Positions 14,401-25,397 of a stretch of 64,000 bases of DNA are shown here, in pieces (the first letter of the stretch is position 1; the number at the start of each line of letters is the position of its first letter). Source of the DNA: Haliotis rufescens (taxonomy: Eukaryota); NCBI RefSeq assembly GCF_023055435.1, contig NW_025963890.1, positions 23,560,001 through 23,624,000 on the forward strand, read 5' to 3'. The position numbers and the translations under genes were made by a program. The notes under the pieces were generated by a model that saw only the letters and a program-made list of their open reading frames with translations, made no database searches and was not told the DNA's origin.

Positions 14401-14508
14401 TTTAAACGACTAGAAGTGAGGGTATGAGAGATACCCATTTGTACGACTGAAAACAGACTAAAACATAGCTCTGTAATTGTATTGTTATTACTTACTAATT
14501 TAACTATA

Positions 14509-14548
<40 letters not shown>

Positions 14549-17500
14549 GTAGTAGTAGTATTCAGAAGTTTGTACACTAGTGGTAGTAGTAGTAGTAGTT
14601 TTTTGTAATGGGCCAAAATTACATGTGAGTGACTTGTGTTTTGTTGGTCGGAAGCTTGTGAAAACGTTTTTCAGTTGGGACTACATGTAATTTGCAAAGG
14701 CTTTTTGTTGTACACCCATGACAGTGTAGTAAGTTGTACCTGTGGCAGATAGAGGCAGACACTGGACAACTTGAACACCACGATCTTGTTCTTGGCAGTC
14801 TGAAACATATAGAGGATATGTACTGAAATAGTTTCTCTTTTGTTTGACAAACACAAATGAAATTCTTTACCTTGTTTGATTAATTTCTTACTCCATACTG
14901 TCAGTGGCAACAAACATTCAAGCCTTATTGGCCTAAAAAAAATTTCTTTCTCTATCAAAACAAGGTGCTAAAACGAGCATGTACCCTTGTTAGTGATTTG
15001 AATAGAGGGCCTACCTGTAGCTGCTGCTTGTCTATGAAGAGGAACATGGTCTGGGATGGGTTGTTGATGATGAGCCCCTCTTTATCTCGCCGACTCACTA
15101 GTCTCATCAGCTGTCTCTCATAGTCCAGGTGACTGAACAAGAAGCTGGCCTGCCACACACACATGCAGTAATCATCTCCCTGACAGTTTCTTATAATATT
15201 GGACATGAAATAACCAAAGAAAACAACAAACACATAAATACTTGAGACCTATTCTTTCCAGGAATTCAAGGGGAACCAAAGACAAAATCTTGGTAATTAG
15301 GTCATATCCACATCAGTAAATAACAGTAATTCATTAATGCTTCAATAACTGTCAGACAAAATACTAAAGACAAGAAGTGTGTCTTCAAACTACTTTTTGA
15401 AGTGGGTGTTTCAACCAGGAAGCATGAACAATGAACCCCATCATCAGGCTAGGATGATGCCAATCAGACAGATCACACATTGTAACAATCAAAAACCTAT
15501 TTTCAATATTGACAAGCATGAGGTACCAGGAAACCTATTCTGCCCAGGAATACTGATAAACACTTTCTTCTGACACTGTCACAAAATCCCTCAAAGTGAT
15601 AATCATGAATGAAATGATGATATAAGTCATAACACAATGTATTAAACCTGCAGCATGTAACACAATCATCATCAATGTGCACATATCTTCTGCAACATAC
15701 CTCAATACGTTTGAATGGGAGTTGGTCTCCCTTCCAGCGAGAAAAGAGTTGACACTCAATCCTGTCAATGTCACTTCTAGGCCAAAGGAAAAAGTCAATC
15801 TCTGTTGTACATCCAATGACATCCTGAAAAGAACATTTTGAGTACACAATTTTGTACATCTAATGTTTGCAAGTTCAGCGCTGCAACACATCCATACACA
15901 CGATAAAAAACAACATTCACCCAAGTATATAGTATATAAACTTCACTCTGAATATTTATATACTGCTTGTACAGCAGTACGAGTCATATACCTTGATGCT
16001 GACAATGAGAAACTATTCTCAAAAGTGTGGGTTGTGGATATTATTTATGTCTTCCTTATGGAGAATGTTACCTGCAAACCTTGTTAAACTATTTTACTGA
16101 GTGTATCATGAAAAAAAGAAAGTATATAGTATATTTCCTGTACACAAAGTACACGTACAATCTGTGATGAACAAGCATTTTCCAAAGTCCATATAATAGA
16201 AGTTTGTCTTATAGTTTAAGAGCCTCTAATCAATCATACTAATCTTGAAATACATCTGAAAAATTATCTCAAATAGGATACTCCCAGCTTTTGATGATCT
16301 TTACCAGTTATAACCCTGAATTAACTAACCCTGCCATTTGCTATGACTAGCAGACATGCCACAAGTATTAACACCTACCCTTCTCATGGACTGCCACCTA
16401 GGAGCATGCAACTGAACTACATCTTTGTCTAGGAGTTCTCGGGAGCTTTCATAAGAATAAGCCTCTTCCTGAAATATAAAATAAACATGCATCAAATATA
16501 ACAGGGTTCTGATTAACTTCTGAACATGCTAAATGTAGCATCTTATGTAAGACAAGTAAATTGAGTTTGAAGACTGGGGTAACTGAACATCCTCATAAGC
16601 TAAAGAGTCATGATCAACCACTGTTTTCACTTGGTTCAGAGATTAGTTTTGCTGCTAAAGGACAAAACCAGAATAGAAATACAATCAGTTAGCTTAGGAC
16701 ACCAAAGTGGTAAGCCCAATATATCAAAATCAAACTTTGCACTGCACCATTCCTATAAGTATAGAAAGTGTTTCGTAAATTTTAAAAGAATCTATGACGT
16801 AGTTCTTAAGTTATAGGTCGCACAAATGTTGTAGTAAAAAAGGATATGCTAAGTTCAAAACATGTAAAAAATCATATTTTCTCAGGAAATCCACATATCA
16901 AAATTAAACTTTGCACTGCACTTTTTCTATTGGTATGGAAACTGTTCACTAACTTTTGAAAGAATCAATGCAACTGTTTTCAAGTTATAGGTTGCACAAA
17001 TGTTTCTGTAAAAACATTCTAAATGTAAAAAAATGTAAATAGCTGTATTTTTTCAGAAAATCCAAATATTGTAATCAAACTCTACTCTGCCACTCATCTA
17101 TTGGTACAATAAGCGTTCACCAAGTTTGAAAAGAATCTATGCAGTAGTATTTATGGTATAGGTCGCACATAAAAATGTCTTTGGAATGACAGACGGAATT
17201 CCTTGGTAAAACTATACACCCTGCCTTCTTAGGTCGGGGTATAATTAAGCCACTGGAGCAAACCGGAACTCCAACAAAAGTAATGCTGCATACTATAAGG
17301 TAATGCTTGAAGGTGGGACTGTGCTTGCAACACTGTGTTAATTTGGATAGCAGTGAAGGGGTGGAGAAAAACCTTGCCTGACTCTGTGAGTAGGCTTGAC
17401 TTGAGATATATGTATATGTACAACAGGAACTAAAGGTTACATAATGTTAGTAGTCACACTCTGTGAGTTGAGTTTTGAACCTAGTTTTGAACAACATTCC

Positions 17501-20260
17501 AGTCATAACAAGGCATGTCAGCTTAATGTGGGAGGAAATCCCAAAGTGATGCAGGTCTCAGACACTTTTGTGAAACCCATGAGCACAGGTATGGTGCTGA
17601 CGAACCCACAATCATAGTGGCTGTTCCACAAGGTAAGAAAAAGATCTCCACAAAACATACAAGCTCAAATAGTTGGTGCTTATAACTTCGGGACAAGTAC
17701 CCTTCAATATGTTCAACTTGAGACAAGCTGATTTCAACAGTATACTTGTACACTGAGTGAACAGTTTTTCAATTTTAACATTGTTTGTTGTTTAACGCCA
17801 CACTCAGCAATATTCTAGCTAGACAATGGCAGTCTGTAAATAATCAAGTCTGGACCAGACAATCCAGAGATGACATGTTGAGCATTGATCTTAGATCTTA
17901 TCAACTAAGTCAGTGATCCTGACCAAAAGATTCCGTTAGTTGCCTCTTAGGACAAGCATTGGTTGGTGAAGACCTATTCTAACCGGATTTTCATGGGTGT
18001 CAATTTATTACACTTCTGATCAATGATAAACATATCAGTTATTTTTTTTATATGCTAGTTCTACTACTCTGCTATAATACCTCTTTGTGTGAAGAGGTGA
18101 CACCTCCATAGAAAGTCGTGTCTGGATGACACTAAGCATTTTTTTTATGCCCAATCTAAATGAAGATTGAATTGGTTCTTGAGCCAATCAGAATAGGCTT
18201 CATTTCTTTGCCACCTTGATTCAGAAATTTTGATCATGGCAAAAGGAAACTGTCACAGAACACAAACACCCATGATAGTACACCATTTGAGGTGCATATG
18301 CCACTGAGCTAAAAAATGACACGATCTATAACATATCAACAATATAATAGTGCAGCTTTGTTTCCTTGCATTCAGAACTCCCTGATCTGATTAGATTCTA
18401 ATTCTGAGATACAGAAATCAGACATATTTGTCTGAATGCTTGGTTCACCCGTACCTACAATTTGGAAGCCTCTCAACATTTATTTGAAAGTTCACCTGAC
18501 ACTACCTCCTGTGGAGGTGCCATCTGATCTTCATGCAGAGAGATATCATTTCAGAGTAAAAGATTAAGTTTTGAACAGATTGGTAAGTTCCCTTGTTAAT
18601 GAAATTACTTTGAGTTACAATGACTTTAAATCCTCTGTACTCACCTTTACACCTTTGAGAATACTGTCTTCATAGTTGTTGGTCATTACCGGAACAACTT
18701 CTGCTACTTCAAAAATAGCAACCTTTTTCTTCTGAAAAAGTAATCAGTTACTTAATATTACTGTACACAACATCTTTCATCATACACTTACAAAATGACC
18801 AGTCCAAAAATAGATTTAAGAGGTTTTGATCTCACAAACATCTGTCACGTGAAAAATATATGTTCCTAGACTTTCTAACATTCAGGTGAGGTGAAGTGAG
18901 GTGAAAAAGGGTTAATGTCATGTGGCTGCTTGAACTAGTCAGGACTAATGCCGATTTCATAGTGCTAGCCCACTGAAATATCATGCCGCAGATTAACATG
19001 AATACCGCACTCAGACACAGTATACTGACTACAAGCCGACCAGTCCTTGTTTTAGTCCCACAAAGCTGAACGCAAGACAAGGTAACAACAAGGACCACCT
19101 TTTGACATCTTTTGGTATGACGTGGCCGGGATCAAACCCCAGACCTTCCACCCCCTGGGCAGATGCTCTATCCACTAGACCAGAGGCGATTTACATTTTG
19201 CTCTGGAAATGGATAAGAAATCTAAATAATTTCATCAGTTTGGGTCATACTAAGGTTGGTGAGGAATGTAAGGGGATATACTCTCTTCACATATTTTTTC
19301 TTGAATGCTGGTACAAGAATTCTGCTTCAGTGCTGTCCTTAGCTCATGATCTCACCGTCTTTATAGAAGATGCTTCCCAAGCGTTTAAAGTGTTGGCTTG
19401 TCCTGCCAAAGATCTGTGTTCAATTCCACACATGGGTAAAATGCGAGAAGCCCTTTTCTGGTGTCCCACCACTCCAATGATAAAACCTCCTCACACACAA
19501 ATAGTAGTTTTCTTTGTTTTTTACCAAAACCATTGTACCATTCTCAGGTCAAAAATGACCCCAAATTAAAGGGGAGTTATTGGAGTAGGAATCAACAAAG
19601 TTCAAATATCCAAACTTCAACCGCATAGAACTCTTTGTCGGTGTCATTGGAGATATGCAGTACACAATGATACAAACAAAAGCAAATTAGGAGACCATAA
19701 ATAGGCATACAATTGTGATATTTCACAGGGGTTGATGTTAGTCAGTGTAGCAAAATAGTTTTCAGTTTTACTCTAACACAACAGTGGTTTCTTGTACCAT
19801 TTATTTATTAAAATTAAGTTTTGATTACACCAATTTCCCAAGAGCATTCAAGAGAATCAGCATCAAAATGTAAACAAGCTTTGATGTGTAATATCAGAGA
19901 CAATATGATAATTATATGGTCTCTGGTAATATGGCTAGTATGTTTCCTGAAATGTCATTAAAATGCTACAAGTGATTCAATGAAAGCTATTTTGGCTACA
20001 ATCATGGTGATTAAAAACGTGGGAGCTTGTTAATCTATCGCTCCACATTGGCAAATACTTGTTATTGTTTGTAAAATATTAAAGTAATTCAAACAAATTG
20101 AAACTGGAAAACACTACAAATGTGGATTCACCTTTTCTTTGAAATGAAAAATAATATACATCTTGAACTCAAAATGGTCAGCAAGCGACTCTCTTTTCTT
20201 TCTAAGTTGGTGCCGAAGCCTGCTGACGGCCGCACTTTTCCGTGCATGGGGATCCCCCAT
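8402..20260 (-). CDS. C6orf62: C6orf62 orthologue (DUF4566 family), 227 aa, 7 coding exons: 20132-20260, 18645-18731, 16379-16468, 15701-15823, 15015-15149, 14740-14799, 8402-8461
   Basis: Spliced translation [121 protein letters not shown].../[13 protein letters not shown].../[39 protein letters not shown] closely follows vertebrate C6orf62 as I recall it. All introns are GT-AG, phase 0. Confidence 0.95.
8741..8820. repeat. DIRS internal complementary region (ICR)
   Basis: First half is the reverse complement of the left terminus (8501-8546); second half (catgttttagtctgttttcagtcgtacaaa) is the reverse complement of the right terminus (14438-14466). Confidence 0.9.
8886..9053. other. Assembly gap (N run)
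   Basis: Run of N characters. Confidence 1.
9054..9310 (-). mobile_element. Retroposon fragment with the SINE-B 3' tail, inside the DIRS element
   Basis: 9054-9109 matches 1386-1440, then continues with unrelated sequence; right boundary approximate. Confidence 0.55.
9504..10510 (-). pseudogene. DIRS tyrosine recombinase, frameshifted
   Basis: [16 protein letters not shown]-terminal part; [20 protein letters not shown] (catalytic R box); [18 protein letters not shown] (W and Y box); stop at 9504-9506; several frame breaks. Confidence 0.85.
10500..12300 (-). pseudogene. DIRS pol: reverse transcriptase, RNase H and N6-adenine methyltransferase-like domain, disrupted
   Basis: [31 protein letters not shown], catalytic motif mutated to YLVD (about 11713-11724); RNase [36 protein letters not shown]; methyltransferase [13 protein letters not shown]; frameshifts between blocks. 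Confidence 0.9.
12460..14140 (-). pseudogene. DIRS gag/ORF1, disrupted
   Basis: N-terminal Cys/His cluster DPHKYCPSC...[12 protein letters not shown]-rich middle, C-terminal ARRHGY...[14 protein letters not shown]; split into several ORFs. Confidence 0.7.
14507..14598. repeat. (TAC)n microsatellite switching to its complement (TAG)n
   Basis: Direct reading of the sequence. Confidence 0.9.
16690..17245 (+). mobile_element. Helitron/Helentron-derived non-autonomous element (HINE-like) with three internal ~175-bp repeats
   Basis: Repeated block caaactttgcactgcac...aagaatctatg...ttataggtcgcaca occurs three times, followed by gacagacgg and a terminal imperfect hairpin ccctgccttcttaggtcggggtataat. 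Confidence 0.55.
17460..17612 (-). mobile_element. Degenerate SINE family B fragment
   Basis: gcatgtcagcttaatgtgggaggaaatcccaaagtgatgcaggtctcagac matches 21350-21400. Confidence 0.7.
17782..17998 (-). mobile_element. Meta/MESC-core SINE, degenerate
   Basis: Reverse complement contains gcttgtcctaagaggcaactaacgg and tail gctagaatattgctgagtgtggcgttaaacaacaaac; homologous to 40618-40823. Confidence 0.7.
18886..19188 (-). mobile_element. tRNA-headed SINE with V-domain-like core
   Basis: Head tggtctagtggatagagc...gggtttgatcccggcc followed by cgtcataccaaaaga (V-SINE-like); (TCACC)-type tail. Confidence 0.65.
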
Positions 20261-20296
20261 CTCTAGTTCTCTACGCGTCCAAGAGGGTATTTTGGT

Positions 20297-20568
20297 TTAC
20301 AGAATCATATTAGTGGCTGTTTATGTCAAGTTTACCCTTCTCGAATGAAGTTGATAGTTATTAATGTGCATTTCCATGGCTGACAAAGAATTATTTGACA
20401 ATAACACTCGGCCAAAGACAGTGACGGACTCAACAGACAGGCCTGTATTTGTGGAAGGCTGTGTCGCCAGTCTCTTTATAAGAGGGGTTATGTACACAGT
20501 GAAGATTCTGACGTGCCATGGTTCGTGAAGGGGGAACGATAATGAAGTATTAGAGTCAATAAATCCAT
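20297..20568 (-). promoter_or_regulatory. uORF cluster in the presumed C6orf62 5' leader
   Basis: uAUGs at 20568 (gcgATGG, 26 aa), 20519 (accATGG, 29 aa), 20377 (gccATGG, 18 aa) and 20308 (3 aa); TSS not known. Confidence 0.5.
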
Positions 20569-21298
20569 CGCGAAAGACAGATATCAACGCTGATCCACTA
20601 GTAAGTGGAAAATTACAGCACACTGCAAAACAACACACTGCCTTTGCTTCTCTTTCCGCAAATATGGCGAACGAAGCCTCGTTCTGGAATATCAATTCAA
20701 GGGAGGTTATTCAATTTCACGTAATCATGATATATGAGTTGACAGGTTCGTATCCAAAAAGAAATAATATTACTTCTATTTTACAGACATTACAAATTAT
20801 AAAAAGCTATTGCGAAATCGAAATTTGAATCCTTATAGTGTTAAATTTTGCATCTTTTGTCCTTGACAAAAGAAATTTGTGATAGAAATATTTTTTTTCT
20901 GCAGGCTCTAATACAAACACATGTCATGATTCATCAGAATGTGTTCATGGTTGTTGTATGACATATCTCTAACGTCTTGCCTGAAGCTTCCTTGATAAAC
21001 TATAACTTCTTTTTCATATAATGAGCTTTGTTACAGCAGTGACTATAGATACCCCGGTCTCATAATTCTTGGCGCCCCTATATATATGAGTCTTATAGTA
21101 TAGGAGTGACAATAATTATGTGTCTGGGTATATTTCTCTGCATGTTTTAAGTGATGACACCCTCAAATAGGATGATGCTGTGATTATTGCTTTTGATGTC
21201 TGTAAATGCCAATATTGGTACCCTACCTTAGTACATTCGTGTTACCATGGATACTTTCTATTGTCCAACCGTTTTTTAAAATATTTTTTTCAATGTAT

Positions 21299-21570
21299 GA
21301 GTGAATGAGTGAGTTGGGTTTAACGCCGCTTTTAACATTATTCCAGTAATGTCAGCGTAATGTGGGAGGAAATCCCGAAGTGATGCAGGTCTCAGACGTT
21401 TACCACTTCGGTGAAACCCACGAGCAGGGGTATGATGCTGACAAGCCTAGAAACATAATCGGGGCGAACCGGGATTCGAACCCACAATCATAGGTTTCTG
21501 GCGTGCCAAGGGACGCAACTCTGCACAGCGAATCGCGGCGCCTTAGACGACTGGGCCACCCGTGCCCCCC
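21299..21570 (-). mobile_element. SINE family B, full length, tRNA-Leu-like head
   Basis: GTGGCCCAGTCGTCTAAGGCGCC A-box region, GTGGGTTCGAATCCC B box, (ACTC)n tail. Confidence 0.85.
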
Positions 21571-22397
21571 TTTTAATGTATGATCTCCCCGTGACAGGGA
21601 AAACGCGTGTTATCTATTCATATGTTCTGTCCAGCCATTAACAAATCCATGCCCTCTCTTTCCAATACCTCATGTATAAAATTGACTTAATTACGGATTT
21701 TGCCTATATGTTGAGTAAAGTTGAATCCAAATGTAAGCCCAGGGCTTAAAAACGAAAAAGGACGAATGACAGGAAGAATGAACGTCCCAAGTGTAATGAA
21801 ACAATACTCATAAGTCGAATGAGAGAGCAACATCTTAACAGAAGAGATTAATTTTCCTTTCAACTTGAAAATTATGAGTCAAGAGGGCTAAGTCACGAGG
21901 GGTTTAAAATAAGTGCAGTCCCGGTACCTTTAGGAAAAGACGTGCAAGTCCTTGAGTAATATTGTCCATTCAAAGTTTAAATAATATAAGAATATAGATA
22001 ACTACGATAATAGCATACTAATTAAAATATCCAAACGGTTTCACGAAATTATTTTGATTTGCCCGGCATTAATAACAGAAACCGATCAACATACGTACAA
22101 AGGTAGCGAGTTTTAACCGCTGCATGCCTGTCTTCACAAACCACGTTCGAATCCCGATTCGCCCCGATTATGTTTCTAGGTTTGTCAGACCATACCTGTT
22201 TAAACCTGTTTTGTGAATGCTACACAGCGTCTATTCAGAATATGAGAGGATCTTCTTAAATTTTATTTTAAAAGTAAAAGTTGCTGAATTTCTTGACTTC
22301 AACGTGTATAAATGTGAGCCAAAACACATTATTTTGAAGCCAACACTACGACGCCGAGGATTACAAATGTATATGATTCATGTTTTTGATGCTCCAG

Positions 22398-22746
22398 TGG
22401 TCATCGTTGGCATCTTTGGGCCCTGAGGTCGTGTGCACGAAGATGCCGGACAGTGTTCAGAGGTCACCACAGCGTTCGAGGATCTCTTGATGCCGCCGAG
22501 CGGGGCGATGCGAACGACATTGTCTCCCTTGCTCCACATGAAGATTTCACACTGGCTCCCAACACCTCGTGGTGGGAGGTCGTGGAGAGAAGAGAGGCGG
22601 AAGATCCCACTTTCGGTGAGGATTTGGTGATAGCACCAGAGTACTGTGTGGAAGACGAGGTTTTGAGCTATGACCCCGACTACTGCCTGAAGCCGGGCGC
22701 CCTCTGGTGGGAGGTCGTGGAGGCCCAGGAGAAGGCTGGGAGCTGA
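22398..22746 (+). pseudogene. Frameshifted last-exon remnant of the WWEVVE membrane-protein gene
   Basis: Acceptor gctccag retained, but atctttgggccctga versus atcttcttggccctga shifts the frame to an immediate TGA; upstream exons not found. Confidence 0.7.
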
Positions 22747-23276
22747 ACAAAGAACTTTAGGGACTAATGGTCCCCGGTGACACATGGAAACCCGGACATC
22801 AGTTAAACAGTCTCTCGGACAGATGTCCCAGATGCTTCAAGCTCACGGTTCATCTTCACATCTGATGACAGGATGTCTCCATAAAGCTGTGAAAGACCCG
22901 TTCCTTTGTGAACACAACTGTGGCAGTAATACGTCATGGTTTTTGTCATGCCAAGGAGAGTATATACACAGATGTACAGGGATGTGTTCCCATTGTTTAA
23001 GCAGCCACTTTATTTATATGTTTCAGACTTTGGTGATATCTCTTTTATATGATTTTACATCTTTCCTGTTATGTAAATGTTATGCAATAAATCCTAGGTT
23101 GTTACTTTATCCTTTGTTGTCAGATGTTTTAACAGCATCCAGACGCTGACAGTTGGTGAGTCTGTAGTAGATGTTCCACCAGCATTGTCATGGTTTGCGA
23201 TCGGTAACAGATAGACGCTGTAACAGTATTATACAGTCTCGGGGTCGCTGATATCGTCGAAGTGACGTTAAATGTT

Positions 23277-23580
23277 AACTCACTCACTTACCTACCCACT
23301 CACTAACCCATTAACTTGAACACCCACACACCCGCTCAATCACTCACTTACCCAACCACTCCCCGACTCATTTCACTCACGCACTCACCGACTCATTTTA
23401 CTCACTCACGTACTCACTCACTCACTCACCGACACATTTCACTTATACTCACTCACTCACTCACACACCGACTCATTTCACTTACACTCACTCACTCATT
23501 TCACTTACACTCACTCACTCATTTCACTTATACTCACTCACTCACTCACCGACTAATTTCACTCACTCACTCACTCACTG
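23277..23580 (+). repeat. (ACTC)n-rich micro/minisatellite grown from a retroposon tail (also about 27448-27750 and 31061-31320)
   Basis: actcactc and atttcacttatactcactc repeats following gacgttaaatgttaactcactc; length differs between units. Confidence 0.85.
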
Positions 23581-24066
23581 TTGCATTTTCAAACGCAATA
23601 AATCATTCATTGGTGTGAAAGGATACCAGTCGTATAAGACGTCGCAATGCGCTGGGCAGAGATGCGTCCATTAAGAGTGCCCGCAACTTGTGCTTGTGGT
23701 TGTCATGCCAGATTCGCCCTGATAATGTTTCTACGTTTGTCAGCACCATCACCTTCATCGTTGGATGTATTTGCCTGTACCACATCCCGTCTACATGAAG
23801 CTGACACACCTGATATAACTAAAATAATGTTAAAACCTAATCTTACTCAGTCACTCACTAAAACATATTGACTGTGGTATGGTCATTTTACATGAAAATA
23901 CCATTGACCCGTAAAGCTTGTGTTGAGTATATGCTAAGGCTTCTAGCCATTGATCCCGAATCACAAATGTATAAACAAGAAACACGAATATTTTCACAGA
24001 ACTGGTACACCCAAGAACATCTGCCAAAGTGTTTTGTATGAGCTTATTTTATAAGTGATTTATTTC

Positions 24067-25137
24067 CAATCTCATTAAAATCAGATCTTAGTTCTCGCTA
24101 CCGTTAAACAAAGATCTGAGGACATCCCATTACGGGTCACATCAGACCAACCTTGCGCGAACTTTGACCGACCAATGAAATGACTGACAAGAACACTCCC
24201 CTACCCAGAGTTCCATGCGGCCGGCAGCCAGCTAGCATAGTACCTCTGCCACAGGCCAGCGCCATGTGACGATTCGTCACATCTTTCACAGTCCATTCAA
24301 GATATTGTATATGCTTTTCATCCGTTTCATGTTTGACAAGTCTACACATTTTCATAAACAAATGTCAAAGAATGGTTAACTTTCATTTAGAAAGTATGCA
24401 AATACGTAAAAATCTACTTGTTTTTGCGTGGTTATCCTATGTTTACATTGGTTGTACGGCTCCACGTGCTGTCATCGAAGCCCAACGGAGAGCTAGCGAC
24501 ACGGTCACTTTGATGCATAAATATATATTGTCATGCAACTCACTGTCGCAGTTGTAGTAGCATATCTATATAGTTAAGCAAAACAATATGTAAAGCGCCT
24601 CCAAATACTTGCATTAGTCCGTTCTATACTGATTTCTGAAAAAGCGCGTTTGTTTACAAACAAGAGAAAAGTCCGGTCACGTGATATGCAAATTAGCCTG
24701 TGGCAGTGGTGTTATGCTGGGTCACCACTGCGACGGAGTGTGTGACAAGAAGTCCACATTAGCCAATCAGAAGGCAGCTTTCTCGTGCTTTAGGGCACTA
24801 ATTTCAAATTGGCGACTACGCTTCGAAACATATTTTGACAAATTCTCCATTCAAAAATTGAAACCTGAACAAAAACACATTCTGGAATGGCCAATAGATG
24901 GTCTAGATTGTATGGATTCAGTCGTTAAACCCGTAACTGTCGTTCGGAATAACCCGTGTTAAAGTTTTCGAGGTTGCAAGATTAGAAATCCCATTCCGAC
25001 TGTCACTTTCATGATGTGGTAAGCGACGCTCTGATTAGGGGTCGGATGAAAGGTCGTTCTGACGTGACCCGTAATGGGATGTCCTCAGATCTTTGTTCAG
25101 CGGTAGCGAGAACTAAGATATGATTTTAATGAGATTG
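24067..25137. mobile_element. AcademH-like non-autonomous DNA transposon with RecQ fragment (unit 1, with nested insertion)
   Basis: ~88-bp TIRs beginning CAATCTCATTAAAATC; 10-bp TSD gatttatttc at 24057-24066 and 25138-25147; internal FSIQKLKPEQKHILEWPIDGLDCM. Confidence 0.75.
24194..24742. mobile_element. Nested non-autonomous TIR element with 9-bp TSD
   Basis: tgacaagaa at 24185-24193 and 24743-24751; CACTCC...GGAGTGTG ends; imperfect inverted repeats ctgccacaggc/gcctgtggcag; empty site in the other two units. Confidence 0.8.
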
Positions 25138-25397
25138 GATTTATTTCCCACGTTGCATGTAGGTATTTCCATTCGAATTTTATATCAATTCCAAAATATG
25201 TCCAATTCTCAAACAAAACTTTACATTTATGTAATCTACCGGGAAGATACATTTAACGATGATCATGAGCTCTGTGGTAGCGATTCACAAAAGGCTATGC
25301 CCTTCTTCACAAAACACGTTAACCATAGAGTTACCTGCCCTTGAGCAATGGTATCTAAGGGTGTGACGTCACAGACAGTGACGATTGCGCTACTTGC

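Larger units (their letters stand above)
8496..14466 (-). mobile_element. DIRS1-like tyrosine-recombinase retrotransposon, full length, decayed
   Basis: Inverted terminal repeats about 8499-8676 and 14317-14466; internal complementary region 8741-8820; gag, RT, RNase H, methyltransferase and YR remnants on the minus strand; CAT at both boundaries. Confidence 0.95.

Noticed and set aside
22378-23149. Repeated ORFs MCHRGPLVPK (-), MHEDAGQC (+) and METRTSVKQ (+)
   Set aside because: Antisense or alternative-frame shadows of the last exon, and 3' UTR sequence; recurrence reflects the duplication only.
23316-23618. His/Thr/Ser/Leu-rich ORFs
   Set aside because: Translation of (ACTC)n repeats.
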